Under the pieces are notes generated by a model. It did no database searches. It saw nothing but the letters and a program-made list of their open reading frames with translations, and had not been told where the DNA came from. A DNA stretch of 64,000 nt from Terriglobales bacterium (GTDB lineage: Bacteria > Acidobacteriota > Terriglobia > Terriglobales > Acidobacteriaceae): positions 68-64,067 of the forward strand of contig JBAWFQ010000127.1 of NCBI GenBank assembly GCA_049592035.1. Reading direction: 5' to 3'. The position numbers and the translations under genes are program-made. Positions within the stretch are counted from its first letter, which is position 1. Each line of letters opens with the position of its first letter. Shown piece by piece: positions 26,169 to 37,987 of this stretch.

Positions 26169-27350
26169 TCAGAGAACTACGTTCTCAATCGGCCGCCGCG
26201 GGCTCGCATGGGCGATCCACTTCGGATAACCCATATAGAAAACGAACGTTGGCTGCCACGAGGCGTCACCGAGAAGTTCAGCTAGCAAGTTGGCTGAGTG
26301 CGGAGGCTTGGCGAGCGCCTTGTCATGGTCGATCATTTCTACGGACTCGTTGCAGGGCCGTCCGGCCACGCCGCGAGCCGTTGCCAGCAAATGCGCCCTT
26401 TGCCAGATTCGTCCAGCGCGCAAACAATCTTCGCGGTCGTAACGGTCATGCACGGCGATGATGCCCATGAGCGGAGCGGTCAGCATCAGCTTCGCGTAGC
26501 CATCCTTTTCGCCGCGCGACAAAACCCGCCGCAGCATCCACAATGGCATCGTCTTGGCAATGGCAGTCGCGATGGGCGGTTGGCCGAAGGCATCGACCGT
26601 GAGGCCATCGCGGAATTTCTGGACATCGCTCCATTTCGTCCGAATCCATGGATGGCTGCCACGATTGACTGCCGGGTCGGCATAGATTTCGTCATTCGCT
26701 GCCGCGGTGATTTCGACGAGCTCTCTTCGGTCGGCCTCTTTCGTCAGAAGAAAAAGTTTGACTTCGGGCTCGTCGCTGGGCAGGCGGTTTAGAGTGTCGA
26801 TGAAATCGACGGGCAGCGGTTTCTCGGGGATGTACTTGCCGCGATTGGTGTGGCGTCGCGGGATGGCATCGTACAGCTCGCTGGGCTCCGGCTTGCCCGC
26901 GGCTAGATCTATGCGCGCCAGGAGTTCAGGTTGGGGATCGGTGGGAATCGGGCCCAGCTTGGCGGGAAGCAGCGTCACCGTTGCCTGGTAGCCGTTCGCG
27001 GCGGCGGCCAGCATCAGGTTCTCGAGAGCGCAGCCCATTCCGATGTGTTCTTCCCGTAGGAAGGGATCCAGGGCGCCGACATTTCTCTTGGTGTCGATGT
27101 ACAACTCAATCGACGAATTCGTCAGCTTGAACAGCCAGGGCTGCGTATTGTGCGGACTCGCAGCTAAAATCGCGGCGCGCACCAGTGCCAGCGTTCCGCC
27201 GCTCGAATCTTTGCGCCAGTCCTTCCATGGTTCGTAAGCCGGTCCTTCGCCGACGCTGAACACGCCCTGATCGTAGGCGCGCCAGACTCCACCGCCGATG
27301 ACGGCGATGGTGATTGCTCCTGCGCCTTTCAGGAATGATCTGCGTTGCAT
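26169..27350 (-). CDS. Tat-signal nitroreductase-superfamily (Acg-like, double nitroreductase fold) FMN oxidoreductase
   Basis: Start taken at MQRRSFLKGAGAITIAVIGGG (twin-arginine motif, ATG 27350; the ORF track extends to 27563). ASPHNTQPWLF and HIGMGCALENLMLAAAANG are nitroreductase-like. Confidence 0.65.
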   Translation of the reverse strand: MQRRSFLKGAGAITIAVIGGGVWRAYDQGVFSVGEGPAYEPWKDWRKDSSGGTLALVRAAILAASPHNTQPWLFKLTNSSIELYIDTKRNVGALDPFLREEHIGMGCALENLMLAAAANGYQATVTLLPAKLGPIPTDPQPELLARIDLAAGKPEPSELYDAIPRRHTNRGKYIPEKPLPVDFIDTLNRLPSDEPEVKLFLLTKEADRRELVEITAAANDEIYADPAVNRGSHPWIRTKWSDVQKFRDGLTVDAFGQPPIATAIAKTMPLWMLRRVLSRGEKDGYAKLMLTAPLMGIIAVHDRYDREDCLRAGRIWQRAHLLATARGVAGRPCNESVEMIDHDKALAKPPHSANLLAELLGDASWQPTFVFYMGYPKWIAHASPRRPIENVVL

Positions 27351-27549
27351 GACCTGTCTCCGTGCGGCTCTGTGCGCAGTTTCATGATAGGCCACGGGAT
27401 GAGTTGCATCAACGCGACGCGCGATAGCCGGGAATTCCAATGAAGGCCGCGTGTCGTAGCAACCTGACGGGAGGATTGCGAATCGACCTCTCTCCGCCTG
27501 TGCTCGACTATAATTCTTGAACAATTTGGCGCCGGAAAAGGAGATCCGA

Positions 27550-28818
27550 TTGACCGCTGACACCCAGGAGCATCGTCCCCTTGATCCTAGTCAACCACTC
27601 CCGGCGGATGGGTCCACATCTCACCGGCGCAAAGTATGGTGGATCGTCGTATTGATTCTGCTGTTGCTCGCCGCAGGGCTGGCCGTCGTGCTGGTACGGC
27701 GCCATGACGAGAATGCAAAGAAAGAGAAGCCCGCGCCTCCGAAGATTCCGATTACGACTGCAACGGCTAAGCAGGGTGACATCGGCGTTTACCTTGACTC
27801 GATCGGGACGGTGACTCCGGTCTATACCAATTCGATTACCAGCGAGGTGAATGGCTTGGTTGTGGCCGTGCACTTTAAGGAAGGGCAGTTGGTAAGTAAA
27901 GGCGATTCGCTGATTGATATCGATGCGCGGCCCTACCGCGCGAATCTTTTGCAGGCGCAAGGTGCGCTCGAGCGCGACCAGAACGTGCTCGCAGAGGCCG
28001 AGATGGATCTGCAGCGCTACCAGGACGCGTGGGCGAAAAATTCGATTGCCAAGCAGCAATTAGATGATCAGGAAAAAATTGTATTGCAGGACAAGGGAAC
28101 GGTTAAAAACGACGAAGGCACGGTGCAATATGACCAGGTGCAGGTCGATTTCTGCCACATCACTGCGCCGATTTCCGGCCGCGTGGGATTACGGCTGGTC
28201 GATCCGGGGAACGTGGTGCAGTCGGCGGGAACCGTGATTCTGGCGGTGATCACACAGTTGACGCCGATCACCGTTATTTTCACAATTCCGGAAGACAACC
28301 TGGGCGCGGTTGTGGCGCAACTCCATAAGAAAGCTAAGCTCACCGTCGCTGCCTACGATCGTGCGGCGCAGAAGAAAATCGCCAGCGGAACGCTGCTGAC
28401 GATCGATAACCAGATTGACACTACGACCGGGACCGTCAAAGGACGAGCCCTCTTTGAGAACAAGAATGATGCGCTTTTCCCCAACCAGTTTGTGAATACT
28501 CGCCTGCTGGTGAACACATTGCAGGGAGTGACTTTGATTCCTGCATCCGCGATTCAGCAAAACGGACAGGCATCGTTCGTGTATGTGATTCAGAACGATA
28601 AGGCTGAGATGCGCACGGTAAAGCCGGGAGTCACCGACGGCGGGATGACACAGGTTGACGGCATTAATCCTGGAGATGTGGTCGCTAACAGCAGCTTCGA
28701 TAAGTTGCAGAACAACACGGCGGTCGTGGTTTCAAATCAGAACTCGAGCCAAAGTTCGAGTCCGAGTCCGAATTCGACCAAGCCCGCCCCAGCCAGCAAC
28801 GGGAGCAGCGCCCCGTGA
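27550..28818 (+). CDS. mdtA: RND efflux periplasmic adaptor (MdtA-like membrane fusion protein)
   Basis: TM anchor [20 protein letters not shown], then [26 protein letters not shown]...[18 protein letters not shown]. Start chosen at TTG 27550 with AAGGAG 6 nt upstream (the ORF track uses 27517). The stop overlaps the next start (GTGA). Confidence 0.8.
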   Translation: MTADTQEHRPLDPSQPLPADGSTSHRRKVWWIVVLILLLLAAGLAVVLVRRHDENAKKEKPAPPKIPITTATAKQGDIGVYLDSIGTVTPVYTNSITSEVNGLVVAVHFKEGQLVSKGDSLIDIDARPYRANLLQAQGALERDQNVLAEAEMDLQRYQDAWAKNSIAKQQLDDQEKIVLQDKGTVKNDEGTVQYDQVQVDFCHITAPISGRVGLRLVDPGNVVQSAGTVILAVITQLTPITVIFTIPEDNLGAVVAQLHKKAKLTVAAYDRAAQKKIASGTLLTIDNQIDTTTGTVKGRALFENKNDALFPNQFVNTRLLVNTLQGVTLIPASAIQQNGQASFVYVIQNDKAEMRTVKPGVTDGGMTQVDGINPGDVVANSSFDKLQNNTAVVVSNQNSSQSSSPSPNSTKPAPASNGSSAP

Positions 28819-31800
28819 GTCCTTCTCGCCCGTTTATTTTGCGGCCGGTTGCCACCTCTTTGCTGATGGCGGCCATTCTTCTGGTCGGGATTGTCGGTTA
28901 TTTCCAACTGCCGGTGTCCGCCTTGCCAGAAGTTGATTATCCGACCATTCAGGTACTCACGTTCTATCCCGGAGCGAGCCCAACCGTGATGGCGACTACG
29001 GTGACAGCGCCACTGGAGCGGCAATTCGGCGAGCTCCAGGGGTTGAGCCAGATGACTTCCACCAGTTCTGGCGGAACCTCCGTGATCGTTTTGCAGTTCA
29101 CCCTCTCTTTGAATATTGATGTAGCGGAAGAAGAGGTGCAGTCGGCAATCAATGCTGCGCAAAGTCTGTTGCCATCAATTCTGCCGGCGCCGCCGGTCTA
29201 CAGTAAGACGAATCCCGCCGATGCTCCCGTGCTTACGCTGGCGATTACGTCAAATTCGATACCGCTTTCTCAGGTCGAGGACTTGGTCGACACCCGGCTT
29301 GCGCCCAAGATTTCGCAGCTCAACGGGGTCGGCCTGGTCACGATCAGCGGTGGCCAAAAGCCCGCCGTCCGCATTCAAGCCAATCCCACCGCACTGTCCT
29401 CGTACGGCATCAACCTGGAGGACCTGCGCACGGCGCTGGCCAGCGCCAGTGTGAACGCCGCCAAAGGCAACTTCGATGGGCCGCGCCAGGATTACCAGAT
29501 CGACGCCAACGATCAGCTGATCACCAGCGTCGATTATGGGAAGGTCGTGGTTGCCTACCGCAACGGCGCGCCGGTGATGCTGACCGATGTAGCGCGGATT
29601 GTGAACGGCGTCGAGAACAATAAACAGGCGGCGTGGATGAACCAGACCCCGGCAGTCATCCTGAACGTGCAACGCCAGCCGGGAGCCAACACGATCGCGG
29701 TGGTCAAGAGCATCAAGCAACTGATGCCGCAGCTTCAGGCTAACTTGCCCGTTGGCATACAGGTAACCACGCTTACCGATCTTACGACCTCTATTGAAGC
29801 ATCGGTTGCCGACGTTGAGTTCGAATTGATGTTGACGGTCGGACTTGTGGTGCTCGTCATCTTCCTCTTCTTGCGCAGTCTTTACGCGACCATTATTCCG
29901 AGCGTGGCGGTGCCGCTGTCACTGATCGGCACTTTCGCGGCGATGTACATCCTCGGTTACAGCCTGGATAACCTGTCGCTGATGGCGCTAACCATCTCCA
30001 CCGGCTTCGTGGTGGATGATGCCATCGTGATGATCGAAAACATCTCGCGCTACATCGAAGCAGGCGATCCGCCGATGGAAGCGGCACTCAAGGGAGCGGA
30101 ACAAATTGGATTCACCATTTTGTCGCTGACCGTATCGCTCATCGCTGTGCTGATTCCGCTCTTGTTTATGGGCGACGTGGTGGGACGGCTGTTCCGCGAG
30201 TTTGCCGTCACCCTGGCAGTCACCATCATTGTTTCGGCAGTGGTCTCGCTTACGCTGACTCCGATGATGAGCGCGCGAATTTTGCGGCATAACCCAAAGG
30301 AGAAGCAGGGGCGCGTTTATCGATTCACCGAGCGTGCGTTCGAGGGAATGATCGCCTTCTATGGCCGTACCCTGAAGGTTGTACTTCGTCACCAAACCAT
30401 CACTCTGTTCGTCGCTTTGACCACGCTGGTGCTCACGGTTGTTCTTTACATCATCATCCCCAAGGGATTTTTTCCGGTGCAGGATACGGGCGTCATTCAG
30501 GGGATATCGCAGGCGCCGCCGACGATTGGCTACAAGGCGATGGCTGAAAAGCAGCAGGAGCTTACCAAGGCAGTTCTGGATGACCCGGCGGTGGAAAGCG
30601 TTTCGTCATTTATTGGCGCCGACGGAACGAATACGACTACCAACAGCGGCCGGATGTCGATCAACTTGAAGCCGCTCGATCAGCGCAAGATCAGCGCATC
30701 CGATCTGATCCGCAGGCTTACTTCGCGCGTGAACCAGGTGCAGGGGATCACGCTGTTTATGGAGCCGGTGCAGAACATCACCGTGGATGACCGGGTGAGC
30801 CGCACGCAATACCAGTACACGCTCGAAGATCCCAATGCCGATGAGCTGAACGATTGGACCAATCGATTCGTCGAGCGGCTGAAGCAGTTGCCGGAACTAG
30901 AAGACGTGGCTACCGATCAACAGCTAGGCGGATCGGCGGTTTCGCTGGTGATCGACCGCGTTACCGCGTCGCGACTGGGGATTGCGCCGACGACCATCGA
31001 TAACACTCTGTATGACGCTTTTGGTCAGCGGCAGATCAGCACCATGTATACGCAGGTGAATCAATACCACGTGGTGCTGGAAACGGATCCGAAATTTCAG
31101 AAGGATCCGAACAATCTGAACCGGCTCTATATCCAGGCAAATGCTTCGGCGGGTGCATCCGGCGCCGGAGCCGCTTCGTCGTTCGCGTCCTCGGGATCAT
31201 CTTCGGCAGGATCGAATGCGCTGACCAGTTCGGCGCTGTACACTCCGGCGGCGAATACCTTGACTCCGCCCGCGAATGCGCTTTCTCCCATTGCCTCGTC
31301 GACACCGAGCACGGGAGCAAACTCAGCTGGCGCCACTAGTTCGTCTACGAGCAATGCAGTGCCGTTGAGCGCTTTTTCGCATTTCGAAAACACAACCGAG
31401 GCGCTCTCCATCAGCCACCAGGGGCAATTTCCGGCCATCACGGTGTCGTTCAATCTGGCGCCGAATGCGGCATTGGGCGAGGCGATTACAGCCGTCGACA
31501 AAGCAGAGAAAGACATGCATATGCCTGCCAGCCTGCAGGCCGGGTTTCAAGGCACTGCCGCATCATTCACAGCTTCGCTGGCCAATGAGCCATTGCTGAT
31601 TCTGGCCGCGCTGGTTACGGTCTACATCGTGCTTGGAGTTTTGTATGAAAGCTTTATTCATCCGATCACGATTCTGTCGACGCTCCCGTCCGCGGGCGTG
31701 GGCGCTTTTCTGGCGCTGCTTATTTTTCGTCAGGCTTTAAGCGTGGTGGCGATCATCGGTATTGTGTTGCTGATCGGCATCGTGAAAAAGAACGGCATCA

Positions 31801-32135
31801 TGATGGTCGACTTCGCGCTGGAAGGCGAGCGGAAGCATGGGAAGAACGCGACCGACGCAATCTACGACGCCTGTCTGCTCCGCTTCCGTCCCATTATGAT
31901 GACCACTATGGCGGCGCTGCTGGCGGGGCTGCCGCTGGCGCTGGGAACGGGTTTCGGTTCTGAATTGCGGCGGCCGCTGGGCATCTCCATGGTGGGCGGA
32001 TTGCTCCTGAGCCAGGTGCTCACGCTTTACACGACGCCTGTCATCTATGTTTTCTTCGACAATCTGGCGCACCGCTTTGCGAAAAAATCGAATCGTGCCG
32101 AGACCGAAGGCGGAGAACTGGCAGGGCCGGCATGA
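28815..32135 (+). CDS. mdtB: RND multidrug efflux permease (MdtB-like) with a Ser/Ala-rich periplasmic insertion
   Basis: [19 protein letters not shown], 12-TM RND organisation, [12 protein letters not shown] motif, 1106 aa. ATGA overlap with the next gene. Confidence 0.85.
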   Translation: MSPSRPFILRPVATSLLMAAILLVGIVGYFQLPVSALPEVDYPTIQVLTFYPGASPTVMATTVTAPLERQFGELQGLSQMTSTSSGGTSVIVLQFTLSLNIDVAEEEVQSAINAAQSLLPSILPAPPVYSKTNPADAPVLTLAITSNSIPLSQVEDLVDTRLAPKISQLNGVGLVTISGGQKPAVRIQANPTALSSYGINLEDLRTALASASVNAAKGNFDGPRQDYQIDANDQLITSVDYGKVVVAYRNGAPVMLTDVARIVNGVENNKQAAWMNQTPAVILNVQRQPGANTIAVVKSIKQLMPQLQANLPVGIQVTTLTDLTTSIEASVADVEFELMLTVGLVVLVIFLFLRSLYATIIPSVAVPLSLIGTFAAMYILGYSLDNLSLMALTISTGFVVDDAIVMIENISRYIEAGDPPMEAALKGAEQIGFTILSLTVSLIAVLIPLLFMGDVVGRLFREFAVTLAVTIIVSAVVSLTLTPMMSARILRHNPKEKQGRVYRFTERAFEGMIAFYGRTLKVVLRHQTITLFVALTTLVLTVVLYIIIPKGFFPVQDTGVIQGISQAPPTIGYKAMAEKQQELTKAVLDDPAVESVSSFIGADGTNTTTNSGRMSINLKPLDQRKISASDLIRRLTSRVNQVQGITLFMEPVQNITVDDRVSRTQYQYTLEDPNADELNDWTNRFVERLKQLPELEDVATDQQLGGSAVSLVIDRVTASRLGIAPTTIDNTLYDAFGQRQISTMYTQVNQYHVVLETDPKFQKDPNNLNRLYIQANASAGASGAGAASSFASSGSSSAGSNALTSSALYTPAANTLTPPANALSPIASSTPSTGANSAGATSSSTSNAVPLSAFSHFENTTEALSISHQGQFPAITVSFNLAPNAALGEAITAVDKAEKDMHMPASLQAGFQGTAASFTASLANEPLLILAALVTVYIVLGVLYESFIHPITILSTLPSAGVGAFLALLIFRQALSVVAIIGIVLLIGIVKKNGIMMVDFALEGERKHGKNATDAIYDACLLRFRPIMMTTMAALLAGLPLALGTGFGSELRRPLGISMVGGLLLSQVLTLYTTPVIYVFFDNLAHRFAKKSNRAETEGGELAGPA

Positions 32136-35100
32136 ACATTTCCGCACCCTTCATCTACCGCCCGGTGGCCACGACGCTCCTTACAGTGGCGGTTGCTATT
32201 GCGGGGGCGATTGCGTTTGAAGTGCTGCCCGTGGCGCCTTTGCCAGAGGTCGACTTCCCGACGATCTCGGTCGGCGCCGGTTTGCCGGGAGCCAGCGCCG
32301 ACATCATGGCGTCGTCCGTTGCTACTCCGCTCGAGCGGCAGCTCGGCCATATTGCGGGCGTCACGGAAATGACTTCCGCGAGTTCGCTGGGCAGCACGTC
32401 GATCACGATTCAGTTCGACCTCAGCCGCGACATCGACGGCGCGGCGCGCGACGTGGAAGCTGCTATCAACGCGGCGCGAACATATCTGCCCGCTAATCTC
32501 CCGGGCAATCCGACTTATCGCAAGGTCAATCCCGCCGATTCGCCGATCATGATTCTCGGCCTCACCTCCGACAAATATGGCGCCGACAAAATGTACGACG
32601 AAGCCTCCACTGTCGTGCAACAGAAGTTGTCGCAGATTCAGGGTGTGGGGCAGGTGGTGGTTGGTGGAGGTGCGTTGCCGTCGGTGCGGGTGGACGCAAA
32701 TCCCACGCAATTGGCCAACTACGGCCTTGAGCTTAGCAATCTGCAATCGGCGCTGAGCTTGCAAAACGCAGACTTGGCCAAGGGGCAAATCTCCGATGGC
32801 GTGGTGACCGCCGACATTCTGGCCAACGATCAGATTTCGCACGCCGTCGACTACAAGCCGCTCGTGGTCGGCTATCACAACGGCGCGGCGATTCATCTAT
32901 CGGATGTCGCCGAGGTTACGGACTCGGTCGCCAACATTCGGGCTGCCGGATATCTCAACGGCAAGCGCTCGGTTACGGTCATCATCTTCCGCCAGCCGGG
33001 TGCCAACATCATTGACACCGTCGACCTGGTTCGCGCACAACTGCCGTTTATCCAGGCATCCATTCCGCTCGGCATCGATACCACCATCGTTCTGGACCGC
33101 ACCACTACGATTCGCGCCTCGGTCAGTGACGTGGAGAGGACGCTGATCATTTCCATCGCGCTGGTGATTGCCGTAGTGTTTATTTTTCTGCGCAACGGGC
33201 GCGCTACGCTTATTCCCGCGGTTGCAGTGCCGGTTTCACTGGTGGGCACGTTCGCTGTCATGTATCTGTTCGGATACACCCTGGACAACCTTTCGCTGAT
33301 GGCGATGACCATTGCCACCGGATTTGTGGTCGATGACGCCATCGTGGTGATGGAAAACATCACGCGCCATCTGGAAGACGGCATAGCGCCATTCGCCGCG
33401 GCGCTGAAGGGTGCGGAGGAAATTGGCTTCACCGTCTTTACCATCAGCATTTCGCTGATTGCCGTCTTTATTCCGCTGCTCATGATGGGTGGAATTGTCG
33501 GCCGCCTCTTCCGCGAGTTTGCGGTGACGCTTTCGACCGCTGTTTTCGTGTCGATGATTATCTCGCTGACCACGACTCCGATGATGTGCGCCTACTTGTT
33601 GAAAGCCGAGCGCAAGGAAAAACATGGCCGCATCTACATGGCCAGCGAAAAATTCTTTGACGGCATGCTCTCCTGGTATCGCACCAGCCTGCGTTGGGTG
33701 CTCGAACATCCTGCGCCGACGCTGGTGGTTCTTTTCATCACCATCGCGCTCAATGTCGTGCTGATCATCAAAATACCCAAGGGCTTTTTTCCGGTGGAGG
33801 ACACGGGAGCGATTACCGGGAGCGTGCGCGGGCCGCAGGATGCATCGTTCCCTTCGATGGACGACTCTATTCGACGGATTGGCGCGGTGATCAAGGATGA
33901 CCCGGCGGTTGCCAATGTGATTGCGTTTACCGGCGGCGGCGGGGCCACAAACACCGGGTCCCTGTACATTGCGCTGAAGCCGTTGGCGCAACGCAATGTC
34001 AGCGCCTCACAGATCATTGACCGGTTGCGTCCGAAATTGAATCGCTTGCCGGTGGCTTCCGCATTTCTGCAAGCGGCGCAAGATCTGCGCATCGGCGGAC
34101 GCTCCAGCAATGCCATGTATCAATACACGCTGCAAGCCGACAACGTGCAGGATCTCGCCACGTGGGGGCCGCGCATTTTGAGTCAGATGCAGCACCTGCC
34201 GGGTCTGCAGGACGTGAGTTCGGACCAGCAAAATGGCGGATTGGATGAGCTGCTGACCTATGATCGCGCCACTGCGGCCAAACTCGGGCTCACCGTGCAA
34301 TCGCTCGACTCGGCGTTATACGGCGCATTCGGCCAGTCGGAAGTGTCCATCATCTACACGCAATTGAATCAGTATTACGTCGTGCTGGAAGTTGCTCCGC
34401 AGTATTGGCAAAGCCCGGAGGGATTGAAAGACATTTATCTGCATACGGCGAGCGGCAGCAACGGCAGCAACAGCATTCCGCTGCTCGCGATGGCCACGGC
34501 GCATGCCAACAACACGCCACTGGCCGTCAATCATACGGGGCTGTTTCCCTCGGTGACCGTGTCTTTTAATCTCGCGGAGAATAAATCTCTAAGCGATGCC
34601 ACGCTGAGCATCGACCAGATGCAAAAGCGGCTGGGTGCTCCCTCCACGTTGCAAGGCTTTTTTGCGGGCACGCTGGAGGCCTATCAGCAATCTCTCGGCA
34701 CCGAGCCCGTGTTGATTGTGACCGCGTTGCTGGCGGTCTACATCGTTCTCGGCATCTTGTATGAAAGCCTGGTTCATCCTCTGACCATCATCTCCACGCT
34801 GCCATCGGCGAGCGTGGGCGCGATGCTGGCCCTGTTGCTCTTCAAGCAAGATCTGAACATCATCTCCATTATTGGGATTGTGCTGCTGATCGGAATCGTC
34901 AAAAAGAACGCCATCATGATGATCGATTTCGCGCTGGATGCGGAGCGCAAAGAAGGAAAAAAGCCGCTCGACTCAATCTTTGAAGCTTGCATGTTGCGCT
35001 TCCGTCCCATTCTGATGACGACGATGGCTGCGCTACTGGGCGCACTGCCATTGGCGCTTGGGACAGGCACCGGGTTTGAGCTGCGCCGCCCCCTGGGCAT

Positions 35101-35257
35101 CACGATTGTCGGTGGGCTGATTTTGAGTCAGTTGCTCACGCTCTATACCACGCCCGTTGTCTATTTGGCGTTCGACCGGCTGCGGCTGCGCATGCAGCGA
35201 CGGCACCACGACATCCCTCAATATGGAGCCGGACCCGTCCCCAGTGGTACGGATTGA
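32132..35257 (+). CDS. mdtC: RND multidrug efflux permease (MdtC-like), second pump subunit
   Basis: [19 protein letters not shown] and [13 protein letters not shown] paralog of the preceding gene; tandem RND genes after one adaptor are the MdtABC arrangement. Confidence 0.85.
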   Translation: MNISAPFIYRPVATTLLTVAVAIAGAIAFEVLPVAPLPEVDFPTISVGAGLPGASADIMASSVATPLERQLGHIAGVTEMTSASSLGSTSITIQFDLSRDIDGAARDVEAAINAARTYLPANLPGNPTYRKVNPADSPIMILGLTSDKYGADKMYDEASTVVQQKLSQIQGVGQVVVGGGALPSVRVDANPTQLANYGLELSNLQSALSLQNADLAKGQISDGVVTADILANDQISHAVDYKPLVVGYHNGAAIHLSDVAEVTDSVANIRAAGYLNGKRSVTVIIFRQPGANIIDTVDLVRAQLPFIQASIPLGIDTTIVLDRTTTIRASVSDVERTLIISIALVIAVVFIFLRNGRATLIPAVAVPVSLVGTFAVMYLFGYTLDNLSLMAMTIATGFVVDDAIVVMENITRHLEDGIAPFAAALKGAEEIGFTVFTISISLIAVFIPLLMMGGIVGRLFREFAVTLSTAVFVSMIISLTTTPMMCAYLLKAERKEKHGRIYMASEKFFDGMLSWYRTSLRWVLEHPAPTLVVLFITIALNVVLIIKIPKGFFPVEDTGAITGSVRGPQDASFPSMDDSIRRIGAVIKDDPAVANVIAFTGGGGATNTGSLYIALKPLAQRNVSASQIIDRLRPKLNRLPVASAFLQAAQDLRIGGRSSNAMYQYTLQADNVQDLATWGPRILSQMQHLPGLQDVSSDQQNGGLDELLTYDRATAAKLGLTVQSLDSALYGAFGQSEVSIIYTQLNQYYVVLEVAPQYWQSPEGLKDIYLHTASGSNGSNSIPLLAMATAHANNTPLAVNHTGLFPSVTVSFNLAENKSLSDATLSIDQMQKRLGAPSTLQGFFAGTLEAYQQSLGTEPVLIVTALLAVYIVLGILYESLVHPLTIISTLPSASVGAMLALLLFKQDLNIISIIGIVLLIGIVKKNAIMMIDFALDAERKEGKKPLDSIFEACMLRFRPILMTTMAALLGALPLALGTGTGFELRRPLGITIVGGLILSQLLTLYTTPVVYLAFDRLRLRMQRRHHDIPQYGAGPVPSGTD

Positions 35258-35345
35258 GATTATTGTCCTGGTGACCTTCGTGACACTACCTGAAGGTGGA
35301 ATGCCCTTGCCGGGCGCAGTCGGACTATAATCTGCTTCGGAAGAC

Positions 35346-35894
35346 ATGGCCAGTTCACGCTACGCATTGGTGACCTACGTTCGGAATCCAGTTGGTGAGT
35401 TTGTCGCCCAGCTGCGGCAGGAACTCCATCCCACAATCGCTCACATGCCGGCCCATCTCACTATTCTTCCTCCGCGGGAGCTGGCGGGAACGGAAGCGGC
35501 CGCGCTCGAATTTCTGGAGGAAGCTTGCAGCCACGTTGTCCCTTTTAGCGTGGAGCTGGGAGACGTGGAAACTTTTCTCCCAACGACTCCGACGGTGTTT
35601 ATCCAGGTAAAGCGCGCCGCTTATCGGCTACGCGAGCTGCACGATCAACTCTGTGGCAAAGGGCTGTGCTGCGATGAGAGTTGGCCTTATATTCCGCATC
35701 TGACAATTTTGAAAACAGAAACCGACGCGCAGGCGAGCGCGGCGTTAGCCCTGGCACGCGAGCGCTGGGCGGAGTTTGCGGGCAGGCGCGAGGTTCCGGT
35801 AGAAGAGTTGATGTTCGTTCGCGAGAATGGCAGTCACTGGCAGGATCTGGCGCCGGTACCCTTGGGACGCGGCCAATTGTCTTCGAAGTTGTAA
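35346..35894 (+). CDS. 2H phosphoesterase superfamily protein (LigT / 2'-5' RNA ligase-like)
   Basis: Two H-x-T-x motifs at the expected spacing: PAHLTILPP and IPHLTILKT. Confidence 0.65.
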   Translation: MASSRYALVTYVRNPVGEFVAQLRQELHPTIAHMPAHLTILPPRELAGTEAAALEFLEEACSHVVPFSVELGDVETFLPTTPTVFIQVKRAAYRLRELHDQLCGKGLCCDESWPYIPHLTILKTETDAQASAALALARERWAEFAGRREVPVEELMFVRENGSHWQDLAPVPLGRGQLSSKL

Positions 35895-36106
35895 TCCAGG
35901 AAAAAACCGAGCCGCTACCCGTCCCGAATGCAGGTTTTATACGGGGTTAGCGACCCTTCTGCAATACCCCCTGAAAACCCGCAACCAGCGGGCAGTTTCG
36001 CGGACCGAACGTACATGTACTTTCCACCCGTTGCCAAGCCCGTTGGCCGGATTACCATAGATTTAACGGGCTGCATCCCGAGCGCCGGATCCCAGGCTGC
36101 GGGCTT

Positions 36107-36134
36107 GATCGAACTTCAACTTAGAAGTTCGATC
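36107..36134. promoter_or_regulatory. Perfect 11-bp-arm palindrome immediately upstream of the dehydrogenase start
   Basis: gatcgaacttc-aactta-gaagttcgatc ends 15 nt before the ATG at 36149 and abuts the ggaagag SD-like stretch. Confidence 0.45.
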
Positions 36135-36148
36135 GGAAGAGTGCAATT

Positions 36149-37417
36149 ATGCAAATTGGGGTTTATGGATCCGGCTACCTTGCCACCGTTATTTCCGCCT
36201 GTCTCGCCGATTTTGGCACACCTGTTTGCTGCTGTCATGCCGACGGCACACGCATCATGGAAGTCGCCAAAGGCAATATTCCTTTTTTCGAAAAGAATCT
36301 TCAGGAAGTGATTCGGCGAAACGTTCGTTCCGGACGCCTCGTGTATTCGGCGGAGCCGGAAGACCTGGCGCGCAAGGCGCAGGTAATTTTTCTGGCGGAA
36401 GATTCCGCGCAGGGACTGGAAGATCTCGTACTCCGCCTGGCGAACGCCGCGGGCCGATTCCAGGTGCTGTCGATCGTGACCCCGGACCGCGTGGGTTCGA
36501 CCACAAGGATTGACAAAAGCCTGAAGCAAAAAGGGCTGAAGAGCCTGCTGGTGTGCCAGCCGATGTTTTTCACCAACGGCTGCGCAGTCGAGGATTTCAA
36601 CTGGCCGGATCGCATCATTCTCGGAACGCCTTCGAGCGAAGCCGTTTCCACTCTGAAGCAGATTTTTCATCCCCTGGTCATGCGCGGAGTTCCCGTGCTG
36701 GTCACGAATTACGAAACCGCGGAGTTGGCGCGGGAAGCGACGACGGCCTTTGTGGCCACCAAAATTTCGTTCATCAACGAAATCGCCAGTTTGTGCGAAC
36801 ACGTGAACGCCGATGCCGTCAGCTTGTCACTTGCCCTGGGGCTGGACAAGAAAATTGCGCCACGCTGCCTGCAACCGGGCGCCGGCATGGGTGGAATTTT
36901 CGCCGAGAGCGATATGGAATCGATCACCGGGCTGGCCCGCGAGAACCGGGTTGAACTCAAAGTGCTGAATGCCGCCCGGGAAGTGAACCTGCAACTGGCG
37001 GACCGGCTCATGCAAAAAGTAGCCGCCGCGCTCGACACCGTGTGCAACAAGGACGTGGGCATTCTCGGGCTTGCGTTTAAGCCGAACACCAACTCGGTGG
37101 CGGGATCGGCTTCTCTGCAACTGGCGCAAAACCTGCTTTCCGGTGGAGCGCGTGTTCGGGCTTATGATCCGGCGGCGATGCCCGATGCGCGGCTCCAACT
37201 GAATGGCATGGTGAAGTACTGCGAGTCCGCCTACGGAGTCTGCGAGGGAGCGGATGCCGTCGTGGTCGCGACCGGCTGGCCAGAATTCCGGACCCTCGAT
37301 TTCACCAAGATCCGCCACCTGGTGAAACGGCCGATCATCATCGACACCAAGAACCTGCTCGACTCGTCACGCCTGCGCGCCATGGGATTCCAATACATGG
37401 GCGTGGGGCGAGTGTAG
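36149..37417 (+). CDS. UDP-glucose/GDP-mannose dehydrogenase family protein
   Basis: N-terminal Rossmann MQIGVYGSGYLATVISACLADFG, FINEIASLCE central helix, GLAFKPNTNSVAGS C-terminal domain. Confidence 0.8.
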   Translation: MQIGVYGSGYLATVISACLADFGTPVCCCHADGTRIMEVAKGNIPFFEKNLQEVIRRNVRSGRLVYSAEPEDLARKAQVIFLAEDSAQGLEDLVLRLANAAGRFQVLSIVTPDRVGSTTRIDKSLKQKGLKSLLVCQPMFFTNGCAVEDFNWPDRIILGTPSSEAVSTLKQIFHPLVMRGVPVLVTNYETAELAREATTAFVATKISFINEIASLCEHVNADAVSLSLALGLDKKIAPRCLQPGAGMGGIFAESDMESITGLARENRVELKVLNAAREVNLQLADRLMQKVAAALDTVCNKDVGILGLAFKPNTNSVAGSASLQLAQNLLSGGARVRAYDPAAMPDARLQLNGMVKYCESAYGVCEGADAVVVATGWPEFRTLDFTKIRHLVKRPIIIDTKNLLDSSRLRAMGFQYMGVGRV

Positions 37418-37455
37418 GCGAACCGCGGCAAGCCATCGTTCCATATCAGATCAGG

Positions 37456-37525
37456 TTTTCGTATCAGGGCATCGCTTCAGCGATGCCAATAACCTCGAAA
37501 ATGGACCGCCCCTTTTAGGGGCAGT
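37456..37525. repeat. REP-like double-hairpin element, family C (copy 2)
   Basis: tttcgtatcagggcatcgc-ttca-gcgatgcc ... gcccc-tttta-ggggc. It sits between the dehydrogenase stop and tRNA-His. Confidence 0.65.
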
Positions 37526-37578
37526 ACGCCGCACTTCCGCCGCAATTGCTATAATCGTTCTCGGTACAACCACTCTAC

Positions 37579-37656
37579 GGTGGGAGTAGCTCAACTTGGT
37601 AGAGCATCGGACTGTGGCTCCGACGGTTGCGGGTTCAATTCCCGTCTCCCACCCCA
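37579..37656 (+). tRNA. tRNA-His (anticodon GUG) with encoded G-1 and CCA
   Basis: g-gtgggag-ta-gctc-aacttggta-gagc-a-tcgga-cuGUGgc-tccga-cggtt-gcggg-ttcaatt-cccgt-ctcccac-c-cca. The extra 5' G is the His identity element. Confidence 0.9.
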
Positions 37657-37741
37657 ATTCCAAAGAACTTAGCGCACACTTTTGGTCGGTAACTGACTAA
37701 TACCCGCTCAGCCCATTGCGCTGCTATCGCTGAAGTCTTCT

Positions 37742-37987
37742 TCAGGCTTTCTTCAGCAGGCGCGTAATCCCGACCAAAATTACCGCGCCCACAAATGCGA
37801 CAATGATGGCTCCTATCATGCCGCCTCCCGGCCAGATTCCCAGGAGTCCAAAGACCCAGCCGCCCAGAACGCCGCCGAGGATTCCGAGAATGATATCGAC
37901 GAGCACGCCGTAGCCGCCGCCCTTCATCACCTGACCCGCAAGCCAACCTGCGATCAGCCCGACCACAATCCAAACGATGAATCCCAT
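37742..37987 (-). CDS. GlsB/YeaQ/YmgE family (transglycosylase-associated) stress membrane protein
   Basis: MGFIVWIVVGLIAGWLAGQVMKGGGYGVLVDIILGILGGVLGGWVFG... AAGGAGG lies 6 nt upstream of ATG 37987 (the ORF track extends further 5'). Confidence 0.8.
   Translation of the reverse strand: MGFIVWIVVGLIAGWLAGQVMKGGGYGVLVDIILGILGGVLGGWVFGLLGIWPGGGMIGAIIVAFVGAVILVGITRLLKKA

Noticed and set aside
25948-37656. Segment bounded by tRNA-Pro and tRNA-His, considered as a genomic island
   Set aside because: I found no integrase, no direct repeat of either tRNA 3' end, and no compositional break visible by eye. The content (efflux, dehydrogenase) is ordinary.
37451-37663. 70-aa minus-strand ORF
   Set aside because: It covers tRNA-His and a REP copy, and the tRNA cloverleaf explains the sequence.
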